A stretch of DNA of 53,659 nucleotides from a virus (Duplodnaviria; Caudoviricetes). Location: the IMG/VR virus record IMGVR_UViG_3300005259_000078, positions 1 to 53,659 of that record, one strand, 5' to 3'. Shown in pieces: positions 47,243 to 53,659 of this stretch (within the stretch, counting starts at the first letter, position 1; each line of letters begins with the position of its first letter). The notes under the pieces are model-generated. The model did no database searches and was not told the DNA's origin. It worked only from the letters and a program-made list of their open reading frames with translations. The translations under genes and the position numbers were made by a program.

Positions 47243-47830
47243 ATGCGTTGTCTTATCTATTCCCGCGTTTCGACGGCGGACCAGCATTTTGAAAATCAGG
47301 TCTGCCAATTAAAGGAGTATGCCGAAAAACAGGGCTGGAAACTTGTCGGGGTCAAAACCGATATTTCTTCCGGGTCTAAATCTGCCGACGAACGAACCGG
47401 CTTGAAAGAAGTCTTCACCATGGCCCATAAGAAGCAGTTCGACGTTTTGCTCTTCTGGTCCTTGGACCGTTTTTCCCGCGAAGGGTCCCGAAAAACGTTG
47501 GAGTATCTGACCAAGTTGGATTCATACGCTATCAGGTGGCATTCATATACCGAAGAGTATATTTCCAGCCTCGGAATTTTTGCCGACGCCATTATCTCTT
47601 TATTATCGTGTCTCGCCAAACAGGAAAGAATCCGAATCTCCGAACGAACGAAAGCGGGGCTGACCAGAGTCAAAGCGAACGGCATAAAGTTAGGCCGTCC
47701 CAAGGTCGATATCGCAGTTATTACCCAAGCCCGAGAACTTCACACAAAGGGTCTGTCTTACGCTCAAATCGGGCAGACCATGAATCTGTCCAAGGCCAGA
47801 GCCTATCAACTTTGCAACCAACCTGAATAA
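47243..47830 (+). CDS. small serine recombinase (resolvase)
   Basis: YSRVST..Q, LDRFSR, ER..ISERTKAGL, GRP, C-terminal HTH. Confidence 0.93.
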   Translation: MRCLIYSRVSTADQHFENQVCQLKEYAEKQGWKLVGVKTDISSGSKSADERTGLKEVFTMAHKKQFDVLLFWSLDRFSREGSRKTLEYLTKLDSYAIRWHSYTEEYISSLGIFADAIISLLSCLAKQERIRISERTKAGLTRVKANGIKLGRPKVDIAVITQARELHTKGLSYAQIGQTMNLSKARAYQLCNQPE

Positions 47831-47850
47831 AGGATGAACACGCTATGAAT
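47824..47850 (+). repeat. 27-bp direct repeat, copy 1
   Basis: TGAATAAAGGATGAACACGCTATGAAT, also at 48981-49007. Confidence 0.9.
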
Positions 47851-47957
47851 GCAAAACTTGTTTTCGGCTTCGATTTTTTAACGTTTGACCAACGTCTTCA
47901 TCTTGCCGTATCCGCGTCATGGGCCTAAAAAAATACACTATTTCGAATTCAAAATTA

Positions 47958-48929
47958 TCACTTGGAAACCCCAGTTGGGCTTGATATTTCTCTGCCTGTT
48001 TTGGCTCCGTATTTTTTTAGTAAATCTTTTATTTGATTTGATTTTGCAACGTCAAGGGCAGCACGTTTACCATTGTCCAAAATATTAGGATTGGCTCCAT
48101 TCTCTAGTAATAGCGTAATTACATCTACCTCCGGCTTGTCTTCAACTGCGGAAAATAAAGCTGTTCGTTGCCATAAGTTAACTGCGTTGATATCAACACC
48201 CTTGTTGATTAGGTACTTTACAATCGCCGATTTGTTCCGGGGGGCATAAAGAACCAGATGCAACACAGACTCTCTATCACTCGCTGTTTTTTTATTTATA
48301 TCAGCGCCATTATCAAGAAAGAACCTCACTAAATCTATATTACCTTTCAGTGCAGCCAATAGAAGGGGCGGCGGGTAACGTACACCCATAGGTTCTTCAT
48401 TGACAATCAGAGAACAATTAATGTTATTTCCCGAGACATATTTCTTTACCTTATCGAGGTCGTTATTAATAATAGCCAAACATAGTTTTTCATCAACAAT
48501 TTGTTGATGCCAGTTTATTACAACAGGCAACCATATACATACAGCAATCCCTATAACCATGATAGAACCCAACAATATGAAGTCCAAATTTCTTCGGGCC
48601 CAACCGCGATATCTCTTTACTATAGTTGACGTTTGACTGCGTTTCCTCCTACGCCTGTACAGAGCAACTCCAATTATGGTCCCAATAATAACAATCGGAA
48701 TTATTTCGAAGTATATGAGCCTGGTAGTTTCAAATCCATAATTAGTGGTGAATTTGAATGGACCAAGAAAAACCCAAGACCATTCTGTATGGATAGATAC
48801 GACTCCATACAATCCGCCTGGTCCCTTAATACACCATTCGTCAGGGGGACCATAAAGCATTCCCATAGTGGCAGACATAAAGGAGAAAAATAAAAACATC
48901 GTAATGACTTTTTTCAAGATAGCCTTCAT
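47958..48929 (-). CDS. membrane-anchored ankyrin-repeat protein
   Basis: Three hydrophobic segments, then PLLLAALKGN..LVRFFLDNGADIN-type repeats. Confidence 0.88.
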   Translation of the reverse strand: MKAILKKVITMFLFFSFMSATMGMLYGPPDEWCIKGPGGLYGVVSIHTEWSWVFLGPFKFTTNYGFETTRLIYFEIIPIVIIGTIIGVALYRRRRKRSQTSTIVKRYRGWARRNLDFILLGSIMVIGIAVCIWLPVVINWHQQIVDEKLCLAIINNDLDKVKKYVSGNNINCSLIVNEEPMGVRYPPPLLLAALKGNIDLVRFFLDNGADINKKTASDRESVLHLVLYAPRNKSAIVKYLINKGVDINAVNLWQRTALFSAVEDKPEVDVITLLLENGANPNILDNGKRAALDVAKSNQIKDLLKKYGAKTGREISSPTGVSK

Positions 48930-48980
48930 ATGCTCCTCCGTAAAAAACAATATCGCTACAACAGTCCATAATCAACCCCA

Positions 48981-49007
48981 TGAATAAAGGATGAACACGC
49001 TATGAAT
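48981..49007 (+). repeat. 27-bp direct repeat, copy 2
   Basis: Contains the RBS and start codon of the ATPase gene. Confidence 0.9.
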
Positions 49008-50240
49008 ACCAATCTCGCCTATAACTTCCCGCTTGAATCCGAACTGACTGAGCAGGAACGAATCGAAGCAGAATCCTTCGGCAGGAGTGAAAACCTTTTC
49101 GACCGGATACGCGACGATTATACGAAACTCGGTCTGGTGGGGGAATCCCATAATAAGATTCTCGCTTATCTGGCCTCGGTCTCACGAAAAATGAACGACC
49201 CGTTAAATCTGTTAATCTTGAGTTCGTCGGGGGCGGGCAAATCCACGTTGCAAGATAAAACTTTGCTATTAACACCCGAGGAGGACGTGGTAAGAGTCTC
49301 CACGCTGTCCGATAAGGCTCTGTTCTATATGGACCGTTATGCCCTTAAAAACAGGGTTTTAGCCATAGAAGAAGCGGCGGGAATAAAAGATATGTACTCC
49401 ATACGGACTTTAATAACCGAAGGCCATTTGACTATCGAAACCGTCGCCGGGGGCAAGCTCAGAAAAAACACGGTCGAAGGCAAGGCGGCAGTCTTTCAGA
49501 CGACCACGAACCCGGATATTAACCCGGAAACGAAATCTCGCTTTTTCGTTATCGGGGTCGATGAATCCCGAGAACAAACCCGGTCGATTTTAGAGTTGCA
49601 GCGCCGTGCTCAAACTTTGGAGGGTATCATTGAGCGCAATCAGCGGGAAAATATCATCCGCAAACATCACAATTTCCAACGTCTGTTGAAGAATTATGCT
49701 GTGGTCAACCCCTATGCCGAATCGCTCTTTTACGGGGACGACCGGCTTCAAGCCAGACGTGACCAACCCAAGTTTTTAACCCTGTGTACTGCTATCGCTT
49801 TTCTGCGGCAAATGACCAAGGAAGTGAAATTCTATAAAGGCGAGATTGAGCTGGAATACATCGAAGTTGACCCGTTCGACATCAAGCTGGCAACCGAACT
49901 GGCCAGCGAAGTCATGGGCACCTCGTTGGACGATATTTCCATTCCCGCCCGAGAGCTCTTATTGGAACTCGATAGAATGCTTCCCCGTGGCCGGGAACGT
50001 TATCAGCGAACCTTCACCCGGCAAGACATTATCTCGTTTACTGGCTGGACTCGGACCCGACTTCACATCCACCTGCAAGAACTCATCGAGATGGAACTGG
50101 TCCTGAAAGTTTCCGGCGGGACCAATTCTTTGCAGAATTACCAGCTCCTCTTCCAAGGCGAAACCGAGCGTAAGTTTCTGCTCGGCCTGACCACTCCGGC
50201 CAGTACCGAATCACCAGTCCAAGAAAAACCTAAAATTTAG
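49002..50240 (+). CDS. P-loop ATPase/helicase-like protein (primase-associated C-terminal module)
   Basis: SSSGAGKST, LAIEE, SRF...DESREQT..I..QR, ARRD..KFL; C-terminal wHTH-like segment. Confidence 0.75.
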   Translation: MNTNLAYNFPLESELTEQERIEAESFGRSENLFDRIRDDYTKLGLVGESHNKILAYLASVSRKMNDPLNLLILSSSGAGKSTLQDKTLLLTPEEDVVRVSTLSDKALFYMDRYALKNRVLAIEEAAGIKDMYSIRTLITEGHLTIETVAGGKLRKNTVEGKAAVFQTTTNPDINPETKSRFFVIGVDESREQTRSILELQRRAQTLEGIIERNQRENIIRKHHNFQRLLKNYAVVNPYAESLFYGDDRLQARRDQPKFLTLCTAIAFLRQMTKEVKFYKGEIELEYIEVDPFDIKLATELASEVMGTSLDDISIPARELLLELDRMLPRGRERYQRTFTRQDIISFTGWTRTRLHIHLQELIEMELVLKVSGGTNSLQNYQLLFQGETERKFLLGLTTPASTESPVQEKPKI

Positions 50241-50248
50241 GTTTCTAT

Positions 50249-50290
50249 CACCCCGTATTCATGGTCTGGACACCCCGTGTTCATGGGGTG
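50249..50290. repeat. short repeat/hairpin after the ATPase
   Basis: CACCCCGTRTTCATGG at 50249 and 50271; the second folds as CACCCC/GGGGTG. Confidence 0.55.
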
Positions 50291-50399
50291 CCAATGCAGG
50301 ATAACTTCTGCCCATAATTATGTCTCACTCTGAATTGCTATCACTTGTATTGAGCTTAATCTGGCAATAACGCATGCTTGAAGTATTTGCATCAGCGCA

Positions 50400-51785
50400 T
50401 CAAAATAATTTTTTCATTGCATCGCTGGCGTTATTTTTATTGCTTCTATGGTCAGACGGTGTTCTTGCTAAAACAATAGGATATCTTTCGTCTCCTGCCA
50501 ATAGAACTTTAATGTGTTTTCCTGAATCAGAAATATTGAACCCCAGTTTTTTTAATGCGGCAATATTGCTTGCATTACCCTCCCATCGTTCCAATATTTC
50601 TTTTAGTTCTAACTTTAATTTTTCTCGATTCCCAATAATAACGTTAGCGTTTGAAAGGGATTTACAAATATCATTTCGTCTAGTCCCTATTTGTGCACTC
50701 TGCAATTCATTATTAATCAGTTCAAGAATGAAATCCTGAATTTCACCTTTAAACAGGTCACAGTCATTTCCGATTTTTAACAGACTTCCATTTTCAGCAA
50801 TTGCCTGCTTCAACCGGCCAACTTCGCTTTGTAAATAAAAATTTTCTTTATTTATATCGCTTAATTGACTTTTTAAGTTCGTATTTTCCAAATCAAACGC
50901 CTCAACATATTGAGATATAGTCGCTTCTTTATCTTTCTTTAAGTCATCAATTCTTCTTTCCGAAATACGTTGCTCTAAATATCCCCAACTGTATTTATCA
51001 ATCAATCTTGTGAAACTTAAAACTCTAATTATTTTATAAACAATTTCATTAATAAATTCATCATGGTCGCCATTACGATTCATAAAATCGGGGCCTGCAC
51101 TTGATGGCCAATATATTCCGATAGTCCCACATATAGGGTTAATATTTTTGACATTCAATCCTAAACGACATGCAAATTGGTAATTAGGCTCAACAACGAC
51201 ATGAGCAATTCCAAACAATTTTTTTGCAATTATACTGGGGTTTATAACATAATTATTTCTTATGGTACTGGAAACATAAACAATAGGAATCTTATTGGAT
51301 GTATTTCCTCTAATTAACTTTGTTGCCAAATCAATTTCGCAGTTATCTAAATTGTATGGAACATTGGAAACCGTTAACGGTCCATCAGAATCTCCTAACG
51401 ACGCACACATACGCATAAAATATGGAATATGAACTTGGGGAATGCGTTTTTCAATAGCATCGTTTTCGCAGTTGATTTCAACGGAGATACAAGTATCTTC
51501 TGGAATATTGTAATATACTATTCTAGTTGTCCATTCTTGGGACTTATCACGCACAAGGTATTTCACTCCAATTATTTTCTCCGCACTGACATGTGTTTTT
51601 ATCTCTAAAGATTCAAACTTATTATCCGATGTAATAAACAAATTTTGAACTGGTATTTTTATTTCTGCAAGTCTTGATTGCAAAGTAGTATGAGGGCTTT
51701 TTTTTATCCACTCAAACACAATATGGAAAAAAACTTCAATGGTCAAGTTATTTTTAACTGGAAATGCAGTTCTAAATACAATCAT
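50400..51785 (-). CDS. hypothetical protein, coiled coil + C-terminal HicA-like motif
   Basis: Low GC; GKH.KV...TPSDHR..KN; GAGGAG RBS before ATG 51785. Confidence 0.65.
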   Translation of the reverse strand: MIVFRTAFPVKNNLTIEVFFHIVFEWIKKSPHTTLQSRLAEIKIPVQNLFITSDNKFESLEIKTHVSAEKIIGVKYLVRDKSQEWTTRIVYYNIPEDTCISVEINCENDAIEKRIPQVHIPYFMRMCASLGDSDGPLTVSNVPYNLDNCEIDLATKLIRGNTSNKIPIVYVSSTIRNNYVINPSIIAKKLFGIAHVVVEPNYQFACRLGLNVKNINPICGTIGIYWPSSAGPDFMNRNGDHDEFINEIVYKIIRVLSFTRLIDKYSWGYLEQRISERRIDDLKKDKEATISQYVEAFDLENTNLKSQLSDINKENFYLQSEVGRLKQAIAENGSLLKIGNDCDLFKGEIQDFILELINNELQSAQIGTRRNDICKSLSNANVIIGNREKLKLELKEILERWEGNASNIAALKKLGFNISDSGKHIKVLLAGDERYPIVLARTPSDHRSNKNNASDAMKKLF

Positions 51786-51969
51786 TTTTATGGTGCTCCT
51801 CACGTAATTAGACATTGGCTTAACGTTTAATACATATTGCAACACAACTTTAGATTATGAAATTCAACTCTATAATCTGGCTTATAAACAACTTCTGAAT
51901 TCATTTCATAGTATGCTTGTACTAACCATCCTTGCTACAATTCCGATATTCACCCATGAACGGTTTGAC

Positions 51970-52125
51970 TATTGGCTCTTGCCATTTCCTGAAACTGGCT
52001 TTGAATCCGCTCAAAGATACGCTTCACCCAACTGTCCGAATGAAAGACCCGATGTTTGCCCATGACCGCCCCGAGCTTGATTTTAATTCTTCACGAAGTC
52101 ATTCTGCACTGACGCTGGTTCCGTC
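51970..52125 (-). pseudogene. possible transposase C-terminal remnant
   Basis: GC-richer patch; broken frames read LREEL/KIKLGAVMGKH..KRIFERI, weakly like IS1380-type C-termini. Confidence 0.25.
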
Positions 52126-52150
52126 TTCGGTCTTTCATGTTAATATTGCA

Positions 52151-53604
52151 TCAATGTTTAACTGGATAAAGCAGTTTTTCCTCATCTGTAAGATGACGAA
52201 ATATATATTCATTCCAGTGCTCAGGGAGTGAATCTTCCCCAGCCGTCAAAATTACTTGATAGTCGCTATAACCTTTTGTTATTTTATCAAATTGAGTTAA
52301 ACATTTTATAAGATAATCTTTATCAATTCCAGAGGTTTGTGGTGTATCAATTAATAAAAACTTGGGAAATTTAACGTCTTTTTCTTTTAATGACATTTCG
52401 AATAACGTGAAATAATACATGAGCCGCTGTGGTACACCCGCGCTATGCTGAATATACTCGCCATTATTTATGACAGGCATATAGGTCTCATCATCGATTT
52501 TTGCATCTCTACAATTCGGCGATGTGTTTATCATTAGCTTGTTGTAGATGACATTGAAATCATCTATTTTCTTTTTAATGTCTTGCTCTGCTTGCGCGCG
52601 TAATTGTCCATCCAAGATTTCATAGTCTTTGTAGGTCTTTGCCTTAGTGTTAAAATCTCGCTGCAATGCATCTAATTCTTCTTCAATAATTATTTTCTTC
52701 TTCAATAAATCCAGAGCTTGTTTTGTCGCTAAAATCTTATTTTCAATCTCATTGAATCTATCGACGTCAACTCTTTTATCCGACTGCTTAATTATTTGTA
52801 ATAGTCTATCTTTTTTGATTTTAGTCACAGGACGAATTTTTTCTATTGCACTATTAATAACTTTAATCTCGTCATCACATGACGCTATTGCATCGTCAAT
52901 CGTCTGCACCGATTTTTGCTTTTCTTTAATAATGCTATCATAGTCACCGGTACTATAGAAAAAACGTTCATAATTATTTTCATCTACTTCTGAACCACAA
53001 ACACAATGCCCTTCTTGTCGTTTTACCTTATTTAAGCAGTATGGACACGTATCGGGAGCAAATAATTGAAGTTTCTCATGTGTAAATACTATTTTCTTTA
53101 TTTTAATTGCTTCTCCAACTACTCGTTGTTTTAATATCTGGAATTTAATCAGATTATTCTGTATATTTTTTAGTTTTAATTCGTACTCAGTGATAATTGT
53201 TTCATTCTTTATAATCTCCTGTTTTATGCCCTCTAGCTCTGATAATGATTCAAACCCCTGCGGCGGATTTCGTTGGAGTTCCTCTCGAGCTGCATTTAAT
53301 CGGTTTAACTGTTCTATAGTTTCCTTTTCTTTTTCTTTTAAATAGGTAATGTTCAGAGCTTCTTCTTGGGCATTTAAGCTATCAGCAATTACAGTTTGCT
53401 TATCAAGAACAGCCTTGGCTAAGTTTTTCTCGACTTCCGCTTTTTTTAGTTTTGCATAATTTTCGTAATATTGACTGAATGCTTCACCTATGATAAGTTG
53501 GAATATCATGTTTCTCAGAAATATGGAATCAGAAACATATCCGTCGTTATCAGGCTCTTTAAAAATATGTTTAGGGTCTTGCTGATTATAATAAATTACC
53601 CTAG
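52151..53604 (-). CDS. SMC/Rad50-like ABC ATPase, C-terminal part (N-terminus missing or interrupted)
   Basis: Coiled coils around CPYC...CVCG, SAG signature-like motif, FLLIDTP Walker B; no Walker A in the window. Confidence 0.75.
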
Positions 53605-53659
53605 CAGCCTGTCGGGCTTTGTCGGAAGCAGCGGCGGCATAAATTTCGAGACGTGATAT
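53605..53659. mobile_element. probable IS terminus (IS5/IS1182-like)
   Basis: Abrupt GC rise at CTAG|CAGCCTGTCGGGCTT. Confidence 0.45.

Larger units (their letters stand above)
38004..53659. mobile_element. second integrative island in tandem at the tRNA-Leu site (right end not seen)
   Basis: Integrase, excisionase, ParB and polymerase immediately after attR; resolvase; accessory cargo. Confidence 0.75.

Overview
The window runs from host recJ and tRNA-Leu(CAG) into two tandem mobile elements. The host is probably PVC/Lentisphaerae-like, inferred from a prepilin-type H-X9-DG gene carried on the second element. (1) An apparently complete ~36 kb P2/HP1-like prophage (1934-38003) is bounded by a 34-bp duplication of the tRNA 3' end. 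It carries an integrase with arm sites, a cI/RHH switch, a Bro-N antirepressor, a CII-like protein, a primase-helicase with an iteron-like origin, ParB, a RelE/HTH toxin-antitoxin pair, Ogr, full head/tail genes and two DNA methyltransferases. Oddities: the portal gene lies inside the baseplate cluster; no endolysin is recognisable; an unannotated 50-aa stand-alone NrdD glycyl-radical peptide; an antisense membrane moron; a -1 frameshifted tail chaperone; a nested ORF in the C5 methyltransferase; and a structured RNA near attL that matches the antirepressor leader at 17 of 18 nt. (2) A second island starts right after attR and has no right end in the window. It encodes an integrase, excisionase, ParB-like protein, a compact family-A/T7-like polymerase, a 148-nt rod hairpin ahead of the prepilin-like gene, leading-region-type small genes, a resolvase, an ankyrin gene between 27-bp repeats, an ATPase, and AT-rich candidate defence genes, the last probably interrupted by an IS at the window edge. 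All family assignments come from motif recognition by eye; no searches were run.
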